64,000 nucleotides of DNA from assembly GCA_041905525.1 (NCBI GenBank), contig JAYRKY010000010.1:36397-100396 (forward strand), given 5' to 3'. The translations under genes and the position numbers were made by a program. Position 1 is the first letter of the stretch. Each line of letters opens with the position of its first letter. Under the pieces are notes generated by a model. That model had not been told where the DNA came from. It searched no databases and saw only the letters and a program-made list of their open reading frames with translations. Below are positions 36,144 to 45,498 of the stretch, one piece after another. Source of the stretch: Rhodospirillaceae bacterium (GTDB taxonomy: Bacteria; Pseudomonadota; Alphaproteobacteria; Rhodospirillales; Rhodospirillaceae).

Positions 36144-37091
36144 TCACGGCTTCATCAGCCGCGCCCGTAATTGCAAAACATGATCCGCCACCGCCAAACC
36201 GACCAGCAGGACGAACGACGCCGGTACGGTCACCAGCGTCACGATATAAAAAACCACCAGCAGGGTCGGACCCTGCCGCATCGCCTTCGCGGCGCTGTGC
36301 GCAACCGCGAGGCCTTGCAGGAGCAGCGGAAGCGAAAGCACCGCGGCCGCATTCCCCGCGACGAACGCCACGTCGCCGCTCAGCACCAGAGCCGCGCAAG
36401 CCGCTCCCGCGAAGAGCAGGACGAACCAACGCTGCACCTCGAACCCGCGGTAGTCGGGCGTAGGCCACAAGGCCAATCCCATCCGCGTCAGCATCGTCTG
36501 CGCCAGCACGGCGCTGAGCAGTGCCCGCAGGCACCAGTTCCAGCCCACCGCGCCCGGCAGCAACGAAGCCAGCGTCTCCACCACTTGCGTCCGCGCTTTC
36601 AAAAGCTCGGCGCTTGCGGCCGGATCCACAGGGATCGCGGTGATCACTTCATCCAGCCTGGCCCTGACCGCCGCTTCGATCCCTTCTGTTCCTGACGGAA
36701 GCAGAAGGAGTCCCGCGACGATCGCGACCACTGCGACGGCCGTCAGAGCGCACACCGTGCGGGCCAGCGCCTGACCCGACGCCGAAGCGTTCGGATCGGA
36801 CTTGGCCGCCGCGAGGGCGATCCGTGACAGCATCGCGACCGGAATGGCGTCCACCACGAGGTAGACGGCGGCGAAAGCGAACGAGCCGCTCAACACCGCC
36901 ACTGCCACCGATCCGCCGACCACGGCCACCGGCAGGAATGCCCCGCCGAGGCCGAAGGCCGTCATCGCAAGCGGTAGCGGCGATAACATCGCTCCCAGGA
37001 GAACTCCGAGAAACGACTGCCGCAGCGCTGCGATCAGCAACGTTCCACCTAACGCTCCGGCGACGACCGCAATCGCGCTCGCCCGGGTCAC
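36144..37091 (-). CDS. DUF2232-like polytopic membrane protein
   Basis: 315-aa hydrophobic ORF lying between rpsR and rplI. Family name and typicality of this position are from memory. Confidence 0.6.
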   Translation of the reverse strand: MTRASAIAVVAGALGGTLLIAALRQSFLGVLLGAMLSPLPLAMTAFGLGGAFLPVAVVGGSVAVAVLSGSFAFAAVYLVVDAIPVAMLSRIALAAAKSDPNASASGQALARTVCALTAVAVVAIVAGLLLLPSGTEGIEAAVRARLDEVITAIPVDPAASAELLKARTQVVETLASLLPGAVGWNWCLRALLSAVLAQTMLTRMGLALWPTPDYRGFEVQRWFVLLFAGAACAALVLSGDVAFVAGNAAAVLSLPLLLQGLAVAHSAAKAMRQGPTLLVVFYIVTLVTVPASFVLLVGLAVADHVLQLRARLMKP

Positions 37092-37100
37092 GTGCGGTGA

Positions 37101-37340
37101 CTAGACGGCGACGACGTAAGGCAGCAGCGCGAGGAAACGGGCGCGTTTGATCGCGCGCGCCAGTTCACGCTGCTTCTTGGTCGACACCGCAGTGATGCGG
37201 CTCGGCACGATCTTGCCGCGCTCGGAGATGTAGCGCGAAAGAAGGCGCGTATCTTTGTAGTCGATCTTCGGCGCGTTGGAGCCCGTGAACGGGCAGGTCT
37301 TGCGACGGCGGAAGAACGGTTTACGTCCCGGAGCAGCCAT
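37101..37340 (-). CDS. rpsR: 30S ribosomal protein S18
   Basis: [37 protein letters not shown] is canonical S18. Confidence 0.95.
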   Translation of the reverse strand: MAAPGRKPFFRRRKTCPFTGSNAPKIDYKDTRLLSRYISERGKIVPSRITAVSTKKQRELARAIKRARFLALLPYVVAV

Positions 37341-37852
37341 TAGCCTTCTCCCTGATTGTCGGAGTCAGAACGAGGACGGCGGCCCGAGCTGAAGCGGTCG
37401 CGGTCACCGCCGCGGTCGCCCCCACGATCGCCATCGTCACGCGGACGGCCACGGCCGCCGCCACCGAAGCCACGGCCGCCGCCGAAGCCGCCGCGGTCGC
37501 CGAAGCCACCGGTGCGTTCAGCCGGGCGGTCCTTATTGGTCAGGACGGCCGACGGGCCTTCTTCATGTTCATCGACACGCACGGTCAGGTAACGCAGCAC
37601 ATCTTCATTGATGCGCATGCGGCGTTCGTATTCATTGATCGCCGCCGCGGGGGCGTCGATGTTGAACAGAACGTAGTGCCCCTTGCGGTTCTTCTTGATG
37701 CGATAGGTCAGCGAACGCAGGCCCCAGCTTTCACGCTTGGTGACCTTGCCGCCGCCTTCGGCGAGGATGTTGGTCAGTTCGTCGGCCAGGGTATCCACCT
37801 GGGTGGTGGCAATGTCCTGACGCGCAATCACGACGCTCTCATAGAGAGGCAT
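37340..37852 (-). CDS. rpsF: 30S ribosomal protein S6 with Gly/Arg/Asp-rich C-terminal extension
   Basis: ORF 37340-37939; start ATG 37852 ([13 protein letters not shown]) after AAGGAG. Tail [39 protein letters not shown]. Confidence 0.92.
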   Translation of the reverse strand: MPLYESVVIARQDIATTQVDTLADELTNILAEGGGKVTKRESWGLRSLTYRIKKNRKGHYVLFNIDAPAAAINEYERRMRINEDVLRYLTVRVDEHEEGPSAVLTNKDRPAERTGGFGDRGGFGGGRGFGGGGRGRPRDDGDRGGDRGGDRDRFSSGRRPRSDSDNQGEG

Positions 37853-37970
37853 GAGGTAGTTCTCCTTATGGCTTGTCTCGTCCAGGATAACGCCGACCAT
37901 CGGCGTCGCCCGGCATAGCCGGCCCGATAAGGCCGGCAAGGAGCTATGTTAAGGGCGCGGAATATACACA

Positions 37971-37999
37971 TTCCCCGGCCCTCCACAAGGGAAGAGCCG
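37971..37999 (-). promoter_or_regulatory. sigma-70-like promoter candidate for rpsF operon
   Basis: The minus strand reads CTTGTG-N17-TATATT, about 120 nt upstream of the rpsF start. Confidence 0.3.
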
Positions 38000-38160
38000 G
38001 CCCCGCGGCAACGGCCACCGCAGGTCGAAATTTCTAAAGTTTCTTATAATAATCAATAATTTAGACCTACGAACCCGACTGCCCTCTGGGGGATTTCTTG
38101 ACACGCGGGCCCCCTTGCGTCACCTCTCCGGCCCGAAATCGCGGGTTTAGAGGGGCGATT

Positions 38161-39105
38161 ATGAGCTGGAGCTACGTATTTCCGGGCCAAGGGTCCCAGG
38201 CCGTCGGCATGGGCAAGGAACTGGCGGCCGCCTTTATCGAGGCGCGCGAGGTCTTCCAGGAGGTCGACGACGCTCTGAGCCAGCACCTCTCCAAGCTGAT
38301 GTTCGAAGGCCCCGGCGACGAACTGACCCTGACCGAAAACGCCCAGCCCGCCCTGATGGCGGTCAGCATGGCCGTCGTCCGGGTTCTCGAAAAACAAGTC
38401 GGCATCGCGATCCGCAAGACGGCCCGTTATGTCGCGGGTCACTCGCTCGGCGAATATTCGGCCCTCGCGGCGGCCGGGTCGTTGAGCGTTGCAGATACCG
38501 CGCGCCTTCTGAAAATCCGCGGCCAGGCGATGCAGAAGGCCGTCCCGGTCGGCGAGGGCGCCATGGCCGCACTGCTCGGCCTCGATGTGGACGATGCCCA
38601 GAAAGTGGCGAGCGACGCATCCGGAAACGGCGAAATATGCGCGGCGGCGAACGATAACGCGCCCGGCCAGGTCGTCGTCTCCGGCCATAAGGCCGCGGTC
38701 GAGCGGGCGATTGAACTTGCCAAAGCCAAAGGCGCCAAGCGCGCCATGCTCTTGCCGGTGAGCGCGCCGTTCCATTGTCCGTTGATGAAACCTGCGGCCG
38801 AAGTCATGGCCGATGCTTTATCGAAGGTGACAATTTCCGCGCCGGTTGTGCCCGTGATTGCCAACGTCACCGCCGGCACCGTCATCGATCCCGATGAAAT
38901 CCGCCACCTGCTGGTCGAGCAGGTCACCGGCATGGTGCGCTGGCGCGAAAGCGTGCGCCTGATGAAGGATGCCGGAGTCGATACGCTGATCGAACTCGGC
39001 GCGGGCAAAGTGCTCACGGGGTTGACCAAGCGCATTGATGGCGATTTGACCGGTATCAGCGTCGGCACGCCCGCCGACATCGAAGAATTCGCCAAGAAGA
39101 AATAA
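38161..39105 (+). CDS. fabD: malonyl-CoA-ACP transacylase
   Basis: ORF 38098-39105; start re-picked at MSWSYVFPGQGSQAVGMG. Active-site GHSLGEYSAL. Confidence 0.95.
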   Translation: MSWSYVFPGQGSQAVGMGKELAAAFIEAREVFQEVDDALSQHLSKLMFEGPGDELTLTENAQPALMAVSMAVVRVLEKQVGIAIRKTARYVAGHSLGEYSALAAAGSLSVADTARLLKIRGQAMQKAVPVGEGAMAALLGLDVDDAQKVASDASGNGEICAAANDNAPGQVVVSGHKAAVERAIELAKAKGAKRAMLLPVSAPFHCPLMKPAAEVMADALSKVTISAPVVPVIANVTAGTVIDPDEIRHLLVEQVTGMVRWRESVRLMKDAGVDTLIELGAGKVLTGLTKRIDGDLTGISVGTPADIEEFAKKK

Positions 39106-39130
39106 GAAGAAATAAGAGGGGATCACGCGG

Positions 39131-39871
39131 ATGTTCGATCTGACAGGAAAAAAGGCCCTGGTAACGGGCGCAAGCGGCGCCATCGGCGGCGCCATTGCCC
39201 GCGCGCTGCATGCCCAGGGCGCCACCGTCGCGCTGCACGGCACCCGCAAGGAAGCCCTCGACGCCCTCGCGGTTGAGCTCGGCGATCGCACGCACGTTCT
39301 CGTCGCCGACCTCTCAGGCGGCGCCGAAGTGGTGGAAAAGATGATCCCCGAGACCGAAGCGGCTCTTGGTCAGGTCGATATCCTTGTGAACAATGCCGGC
39401 GTCACGCGCGACGGCCTGATCTTGCGCATGAAGGATGACGACTTCTGGACGGTCATCGACATCAATCTCGGCGTGGCGTTTCGACTCTGCCGCGCCGCCG
39501 TGAAGGGCATGATGAAGCGCCGCTTCGGCCGCATCATCAATATCTCTTCGGTCGTCGGCGCGACGGGCAATCCAGGGCAGACCAATTACGTGGCCTCGAA
39601 GGCCGGCCTTGTCGGCCTGACCAAGTCGTTGGCGCAGGAGGTTGGCAGCCGCGGCATCACCGTGAATGCGGTTGCGCCGGGCCTCGTGACCAGCGCGATC
39701 TCCGATAAGCTGACCGAAGACCAGAAGAACCGGATGCTTCAGAACGTTCCGGTCGGCCGGATCGGAGAAGGGGCGGACATCGCGGCCGCCGTTGTTTATC
39801 TCGCGAGCGCCGAAGCCAGTTACGTGACCGGGCAGACGCTTCACGTAAATGGCGGTATGGCTATGATTTAA
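39131..39871 (+). CDS. fabG: 3-oxoacyl-ACP reductase
   Basis: TGASGAIGGAIA, NYVASKAG (YxxxK), 246 aa, located between fabD and acpP. Confidence 0.95.
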   Translation: MFDLTGKKALVTGASGAIGGAIARALHAQGATVALHGTRKEALDALAVELGDRTHVLVADLSGGAEVVEKMIPETEAALGQVDILVNNAGVTRDGLILRMKDDDFWTVIDINLGVAFRLCRAAVKGMMKRRFGRIINISSVVGATGNPGQTNYVASKAGLVGLTKSLAQEVGSRGITVNAVAPGLVTSAISDKLTEDQKNRMLQNVPVGRIGEGADIAAAVVYLASAEASYVTGQTLHVNGGMAMI

Positions 39872-40053
39872 AAGAGGAAACCGGACCTGAAGCTGCCTGC
39901 CGTAGCCCTAGCCAAGAAAAAGGTAATGTGCTACTGACACCCTCACTTCGATGGGGGCCGGGAGCTCGGGCCGCGGGTCTGGCGCGAACCACAGTTCGTG
40001 AAAGACGTCGATTGCAGACATCATCACCAACAAGAACCGATTAGAGGAAAAGA

Positions 40054-40290
40054 ATGAGTGACGTTGCTGAACGCGTGAAAAAGATTGTCGTCGAGCATCT
40101 CGGCGTTGATGAAGCCAAGGTCACCGACAATGCGAGCTTTATCGACGATTTGGGCGCCGACAGCTTGGACACGGTCGAGCTGGTGATGGCGTTTGAAGAA
40201 GAATTCAGCGTCGAAATCCCTGACGACGCGGCGGAAAAGATCCTGACGGTGAAGGACGCGATCGCCTTCATTCAGGCGAACGCGAAGTAA
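40054..40290 (+). CDS. acpP: acyl carrier protein
   Basis: 78 aa. [20 protein letters not shown] with the phosphopantetheine Ser. Confidence 0.97.
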   Translation: MSDVAERVKKIVVEHLGVDEAKVTDNASFIDDLGADSLDTVELVMAFEEEFSVEIPDDAAEKILTVKDAIAFIQANAK

Positions 40291-40346
40291 TTGGCGATTG
40301 CGGCTGATCCTCGTCATCGCCGCAGCTAGCACAGTGCAACGGACCC

Positions 40347-40366
40347 GTGCCGCCGCGTGGCGGCAC
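40347..40366 (+). terminator. hairpin after acpP (partial terminator/attenuator candidate)
   Basis: GTGCCGCC-gcgt-GGCGGCAC followed by TAGGTTTAT. Confidence 0.4.
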
Positions 40367-40382
40367 TAGGTTTATGGAATTG

Positions 40383-40423
40383 CCAGTGTCCGGTTTCGGA
40401 CATCCGCTCAAGCCGGACACTGG
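40383..40423. repeat. 11-bp inverted repeat in the acpP-fabF spacer
   Basis: CCAGTGTCCGG..19 nt..CCGGACACTGG, with a nested small hairpin GTCCG-gttt-CGGAC. Confidence 0.8.
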
Positions 40424-40507
40424 TGCGCCTCGACGCGGAATACGCCCTCGCGCGGATTTCCCCGATCGACAGGCGGTACGTTAGTTCTCGTCCGGGACCA
40501 CGGCATC

Positions 40508-41782
40508 ATGAGTTATGAACCGAAGCGCATCGTTGTAACCGGTATCGGGCTGGTCACACCGCTCGGCATGGGCGTGAAAGGCAATTGGGAATCCCTGATT
40601 GCCGGCAAGTCCGGCCTTGCGGCCATCGACCGGTTCAAGGTCGACGACCTTCCGTGCCGCATTGGCGGCGCGGTGCCCACCGCCGCCGAGCACCCGTACA
40701 AATTCATCGCCGACGATTACGTCGCGGCCAAGGATCGCCGCCGCATGGACGATTTCATCGTCTATGCGATGGCCGCAGCGCAAGAAGCCGTCGCAGATTC
40801 CGGTTGGGTTCCGCCCACCGAGGAGGCGCGCAACCGCACCGGCGTCATGATCGGCTCGGGCATCGGCGGTCTGGCCACGATCGACGACACGTCGCAGACA
40901 CTCGCCGCGCAAGGCCCGCGCCGCGTGTCTCCCTTCTTTATTCCCGCGAGCCTGATCAACCTTGCCTCGGGCCAGGTCTCTATCAAATACGGTTTCCGCG
41001 GTCCCAACCATGCGCCGGTGACGGCGTGTGCGACGGGCGCCCACGCCATCGGCGACGCTGCGCGTCTCATCAAGTACGGCGATGCGGATGTCATGGTCGC
41101 GGGCGGCGCGGAATCCGCGCTTTGCCGCCTCGGCATCGCCGGTTTCGCCGCGATGAAGGCGCTGTCCACAAGCTACAACGATACGCCGACAAAAGGCTCG
41201 CGTCCGTGGGACAAGGGCCGCGATGGGTTCGTGATGGGCGAGGGCGCCGGGGTTGTGGTGCTCGAGGACTACGAACACGCCAAGAAACGCGGCGCCAAGA
41301 TATACGGCGAAATCCTCGGCTACGGCCTCGCCGGCGACGCATTCCACCTGACCGCGCCCGCTGAAGACGGCTCGGGCGGCTTCCGCGCGATGACTGCCGC
41401 GCTCAAGGACGCCAAGCTGTCACCCGACCAAATCGACTATATCAACGCGCACGGCACTTCGACGCCCAAGGGCGACGAGATCGAACTGGGCTCCGTGAAG
41501 CGCCTGTTCGGCGATCACGCCTACAAACTCTCGATGTCCTCCACCAAGTCGGCGATCGGGCACTTGCTCGGAGCCGCCGGGGCTGTCGAGGCGATTTACA
41601 GCATCCTCGCGCTGCGCGATCAGGTGGCGCCGCCGACGCTCAATCTCGATGATCCGTCGGAAGGCTGCGACATCGACTTGGTGCCGCACCAGTCCAAGCA
41701 GCGGAAGATCCGTTACGTCCAGTCGAACTCCTTTGGGTTCGGCGGGACAAACGCCTCCGTCGTCATCGGGCCTGCGCCCTAA
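40508..41782 (+). CDS. fabF: beta-ketoacyl-ACP synthase II
   Basis: 424 aa. Active-site VTACATGAH, NAHGTSTP, SNSFGFGGTNAS. Confidence 0.95.
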   Translation: MSYEPKRIVVTGIGLVTPLGMGVKGNWESLIAGKSGLAAIDRFKVDDLPCRIGGAVPTAAEHPYKFIADDYVAAKDRRRMDDFIVYAMAAAQEAVADSGWVPPTEEARNRTGVMIGSGIGGLATIDDTSQTLAAQGPRRVSPFFIPASLINLASGQVSIKYGFRGPNHAPVTACATGAHAIGDAARLIKYGDADVMVAGGAESALCRLGIAGFAAMKALSTSYNDTPTKGSRPWDKGRDGFVMGEGAGVVVLEDYEHAKKRGAKIYGEILGYGLAGDAFHLTAPAEDGSGGFRAMTAALKDAKLSPDQIDYINAHGTSTPKGDEIELGSVKRLFGDHAYKLSMSSTKSAIGHLLGAAGAVEAIYSILALRDQVAPPTLNLDDPSEGCDIDLVPHQSKQRKIRYVQSNSFGFGGTNASVVIGPAP

Positions 41783-41797
41783 ACCCACCGGCCTCCC

Positions 41798-42790
41798 ATG
41801 ATTGCCCGGCTCGCCGCCGCGTTCCTCTTTCTCCTCGTGGTGATAGGCGCGGCCGCCGGTGGCGCATACTTGTGGTTCGCGCGCGAGGTCGTCGCGCCGG
41901 GACCCCTTCAGCAGCCCACGACCGTAGTCATCAACTCCGGCTCCGGCCTCAGCGCCATCTCGCGTGAACTCGAAGGTGCCGGCGTGATCGCCCATGCCCG
42001 TCTGTTCGAGCTCGAGGCGCGGCGCAGCGGCCAGGCGCGTGCCTTGAAACCCGGCGAATATCAGTTCCCGGCGGCGGTCAGCATTGCGGCGACGCTCGAC
42101 AAGATTGTGCGGCACGACGTTGTCGCCCGCTTCGTGACCGTGCCCGAAGGCCTCGTGACCGCGAATATTGCGCGCATCCTGCTCGACGCGCCCGGCCTCA
42201 TCGGCGACGTTCCGGCCGACATTGATGACGGCGACCTCCTACCGGAAACCTATCGCTATGAGTGGGGCGATACCCGCGCCTCGATCGTCGCACGCATGCG
42301 CGCCGCGCGGGATCAGGCGTTGCAGGAGCTTTGGGAAAAGCGCGCGCCCGATTTGCCGGTGTCGTCCGCCCAGGAGGCCGTGATCCTGGCCTCGATCGTC
42401 GAGAAGGAAACGGGTGTCGCGTCCGAGCGTCCCCGCGTCGCGGCCGTCTTCATCAACCGGCTCAAGCGCGGCATGAAGCTGCAATCCGATCCTACGGTCA
42501 TCTACGGCATCGCGCCCGAGGCGGGCGACCTGAACCGGCCGATCACCCGCGCCGATCTCGAAGCGGCGAACGCCTTCAACACCTACATTGTAACAGGATT
42601 GCCCCCGTCGCCGATCTGCCATCCAGGGCGCGCGGCGCTTGCCGCGGTCTTGAATCCGCATCAGTCTGATGAGCTATATTTCGTGGCGGACGGCACCGGG
42701 GGACACGCCTTCGCCGCGACGCTCGCGGAGCACAACAAAAACGTCGCGCGCTGGCGCAAGCTCGAACGCGCGACGAAAACCGCGCCGTGA
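41798..42790 (+). CDS. mltG: endolytic murein transglycosylase MltG (YceG family)
   Basis: N-terminal TM helix. ILASIVEKET catalytic-Glu region. YNTYIVTGLPPSPICHPG, YFVADGTGGHAF. Confidence 0.9.
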   Translation: MIARLAAAFLFLLVVIGAAAGGAYLWFAREVVAPGPLQQPTTVVINSGSGLSAISRELEGAGVIAHARLFELEARRSGQARALKPGEYQFPAAVSIAATLDKIVRHDVVARFVTVPEGLVTANIARILLDAPGLIGDVPADIDDGDLLPETYRYEWGDTRASIVARMRAARDQALQELWEKRAPDLPVSSAQEAVILASIVEKETGVASERPRVAAVFINRLKRGMKLQSDPTVIYGIAPEAGDLNRPITRADLEAANAFNTYIVTGLPPSPICHPGRAALAAVLNPHQSDELYFVADGTGGHAFAATLAEHNKNVARWRKLERATKTAP

Positions 42791-42835
42791 CGTTCGCCGT
42801 TCGCGGCGCTCTCATTTGGAAAGATCGACACCGTC

Positions 42836-43576
42836 ATGATGGACTTCCTCACCAACCCGGATTTGTGGGCGGCGCTCCTGACGCTGACCGCGCTCGAAAT
42901 CGTTCTGGGCATCGACAACGTCATCTTTCTCTCCATCGTCTCCAGCCGCCTGCCGGCTCACCAACAGCAGAAGGCGCGGCGGATCGGGCTCATCCTCGCC
43001 CTTGTCATGCGCGTGGCGCTGCTGAGCAGCGTCTCGTGGATCGCCGGTCTGACAGCGCCCATCATGACAATCGGCGATTTCGCACTCAGCTGGCGGGATG
43101 TGGTTCTGGGATTTGGAGGATTGTTCCTGCTCTACAAAGGAACGCACGAGATTCACAATTCGATGGAGGGAGAGGAAGAGCACGAAGATCGCCCGACGAC
43201 GACGTTTGCTTCTGCGATCATGCAGATCGTTGTGCTCGATGTTGTCTTCTCCCTCGATTCCGTCATCACCGCAGTGGGCATGACTGACAACTTGCCCGTG
43301 ATGATCGCGGCTATTGTCATCGCAATCCTTGTAATGATGTTCGCCGCCGAACCGGTCAGTTCCTTCGTCAACCGCCATCCCACCGTGAAGATGCTTGCTC
43401 TCGGCTTTCTCCTCCTCGTCGGCATGGCGTTGATGGCTGACGCCGCTCATTTCCATATCCCGCGTGGATATCTCTACTTTGCGATCGGCTTCTCGATCCT
43501 GATCGAAAGCCTTAATCTCATCGCCGCAGCGCGAAAGAAGAAGGCGCGCGAGGCCCGGAAAGGAAAAGCGGTCTGA
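42836..43576 (+). CDS. TerC-family membrane protein
   Basis: LTALEIVLGIDNVIFL and GMTDNLPVMIAAIVIAILVMMFAA motifs. 246 aa. Confidence 0.85.
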   Translation: MMDFLTNPDLWAALLTLTALEIVLGIDNVIFLSIVSSRLPAHQQQKARRIGLILALVMRVALLSSVSWIAGLTAPIMTIGDFALSWRDVVLGFGGLFLLYKGTHEIHNSMEGEEEHEDRPTTTFASAIMQIVVLDVVFSLDSVITAVGMTDNLPVMIAAIVIAILVMMFAAEPVSSFVNRHPTVKMLALGFLLLVGMALMADAAHFHIPRGYLYFAIGFSILIESLNLIAAARKKKAREARKGKAV

Positions 43577-44310
43577 TGCTCGAGTATCTTCTCAGCCCCG
43601 AAACCTGGGCGGCCCTCGCGACCCTGACTGTCCTCGAGATCGTTCTCGGCATCGACAACCTGGTCTTCTTGGCGATTACCTCCGCGCGCCTGCCGGCTCA
43701 CCAGCAGGCCTCTGCCCGGCGCATCGGCCTGTTCATGGCGTTGTTCCTGCGCATCGCCCTACTTTCGACGCTGACCTTCATTGCCGCTTTGACCACCCCG
43801 ATCACCACCATCGGCGCGTTCGCATTGAGCTGGCGCGATGTGGTGCTCGGAGTCGGCGGCCTCTACCTCGTCTACAAGGGCGTGATGGAAATTCACGAAG
43901 CTGTCGAAGGCGGCGAGGGTCCGGACGCCAAGCCGCGCCCGCCGGCGTCGTACATCAGCGTGATCTCGACGATCATGATCCTCGACCTCGTGTTCTCGCT
44001 CGATTCCATCATCACCGCCGTGGGCATGACCGACAACTTGCCGGTGATGATCGCAGCCATCGTCATTGCCATTCTTGTGATGATGTTTGCCGCCAATTCC
44101 GTGTCGGGTTTCATCAATCGCCATCCCACCATCAAGATGCTGGCGCTGGCCTTCCTGATATTGGTGGGCACCGCTCTGATCGCCGACGCGGCGCATTTCC
44201 ATATTCCACGCGGCTATCTCTATTTCGCCATCGCGTTTTCGATCGGTGTCGAGACCCTCAACCTTCTCGCCGCTCGCCGCAGGACAAGCAAGACTGACGC
44301 CGTCGAATGA
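43576..44310 (+). CDS. TerC-family membrane protein (tandem paralogue)
   Basis: LTVLEIVLGIDNLVFL. Block GMTDNLPVMIAAIVIAILVMMFAA is identical to the upstream copy. Start overlaps the upstream stop (TGATG). Confidence 0.85.
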   Translation: MLEYLLSPETWAALATLTVLEIVLGIDNLVFLAITSARLPAHQQASARRIGLFMALFLRIALLSTLTFIAALTTPITTIGAFALSWRDVVLGVGGLYLVYKGVMEIHEAVEGGEGPDAKPRPPASYISVISTIMILDLVFSLDSIITAVGMTDNLPVMIAAIVIAILVMMFAANSVSGFINRHPTIKMLALAFLILVGTALIADAAHFHIPRGYLYFAIAFSIGVETLNLLAARRRTSKTDAVE

Positions 44311-45224
44311 TGGAGACGCTCCTTAACGCGGAGATGTGGGCAAGTCTGCTCACGATCATCGGCATAAACATTGTCCTTTCCGGGGACAATGCTGTTGTCA
44401 TCGCGTTGGCGTGTCGTACCCTCCCGCCGCGGCAGCAATCATTGGGGATCGCCTTCGGTGCCGGCGCCGCGGTGCTGCTTCGTATCGTATTTACCGTCTT
44501 CATCGCCTACCTCCTGACGGTGCAATTCCTCAAGATCGCCGGCGGATTGCTCTTGTTCTGGGTCGGCTACAAACTCATGACCGAAGAGGGCGGCGATGAC
44601 GACGTCGCCGCCGGCGCGAGCCTTTGGCAGGCGGTGCGCATTGTCGTGATCGCGGATGCGGTGATGAGTCTCGACAACGTCATTGCCGTCGCCGCGGCGG
44701 CCCACGGCAACACGGTCCTACTGATCGCCGGCCTTGTCATTAGTATTCCCATGGTGGTGTACGGCGCTACGCTGCTCATCAAGCTCATCGAGCGGTTCCC
44801 GGTCATCGTCCCGGCCGGTGCGGCCATGATTGGCTACATCGGGGGAGAGGTGCTGGTGAGCGATACGGCGATCCATGATTGGCTTGAGCAGCACCTCGTG
44901 TGGCTGCGCCACGTGGCGCCTGTGGTGGGCGCGGTCGCCGTGATCCTGGTGAGCCGCATTATCAAGCCAAAATCCGACGGCAGGACGGACACGCAGGAAG
45001 CCGCGGCAGGCGCGGGGCTGTTCGCCGGCCGCGCGGCCCTTACGCGGGTGGCCGCCTTTCTAATCGGCGGGGCCGGTTATCTGGTGGGCGAGCCCGTGCC
45101 GGGCAAGACCGACGGCGCGCTCATTCTCGCGCTCCACGCCCTGCTGCCGATCTTCGCCGCCATCGTTGCGATTATCCTGGGTGAATACCTGGCCCGCCAG
45201 GTGGTCCGCTTGCAGCGCGCCTAG
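44307..45224 (+). CDS. TerC-family membrane protein, YjbE-like, with C-terminal extension
   Basis: GINIVLSGDNAVVIALA and IADAVMSLDNVIAVAAAA motifs. ATGA overlap with the previous gene. Confidence 0.8.
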   Translation: MMETLLNAEMWASLLTIIGINIVLSGDNAVVIALACRTLPPRQQSLGIAFGAGAAVLLRIVFTVFIAYLLTVQFLKIAGGLLLFWVGYKLMTEEGGDDDVAAGASLWQAVRIVVIADAVMSLDNVIAVAAAAHGNTVLLIAGLVISIPMVVYGATLLIKLIERFPVIVPAGAAMIGYIGGEVLVSDTAIHDWLEQHLVWLRHVAPVVGAVAVILVSRIIKPKSDGRTDTQEAAAGAGLFAGRAALTRVAAFLIGGAGYLVGEPVPGKTDGALILALHALLPIFAAIVAIILGEYLARQVVRLQRA

Positions 45225-45487
45225 GTCAATTCAAGCCCGGCAACGAGCGTGTCTTTGCGCGAAAGGTCGCCGAAGAGCCGCCGCACGGGGTCCGGTTTGA
45301 TCCGGAACAGAGTCGGCGTCGCATAGACATCATCATTCAACGCCGAGATGGGGTCCTCAAGCACGTCGATGATCTCCACAGTCATGCGCGTGCCGAATTC
45401 CCTTTGCAGATCTTGTACCGTTTGAATTGCGCGCTCGGCGCTCGGCGTGTGACCCGTGACGTAGAGTCTCAAGCTAATAGGATTCAT
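45221..45487 (-). CDS. kaiB: KaiB-family protein (thioredoxin-like, circadian-clock protein B homologue)
   Basis: ORF 45221-45688; start ATG 45487. LRLYVTGHTPSAERAI..IIDVLEDP..YATPTLFRIKPDPVRRLFGDLS aligns along its length with cyanobacterial KaiB as remembered. Confidence 0.85.
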   Translation of the reverse strand: MNPISLRLYVTGHTPSAERAIQTVQDLQREFGTRMTVEIIDVLEDPISALNDDVYATPTLFRIKPDPVRRLFGDLSRKDTLVAGLELT

Positions 45488-45498
45488 CTTCGACCTAG

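Noticed and set aside
42791-42835. Looked for a yybP-ykoY (Mn) riboswitch in front of the TerC genes.
   Set aside because: Only 45 nt separate the mltG stop from the first TerC start. That is too short for the four-helix riboswitch, and no conserved motif is visible.
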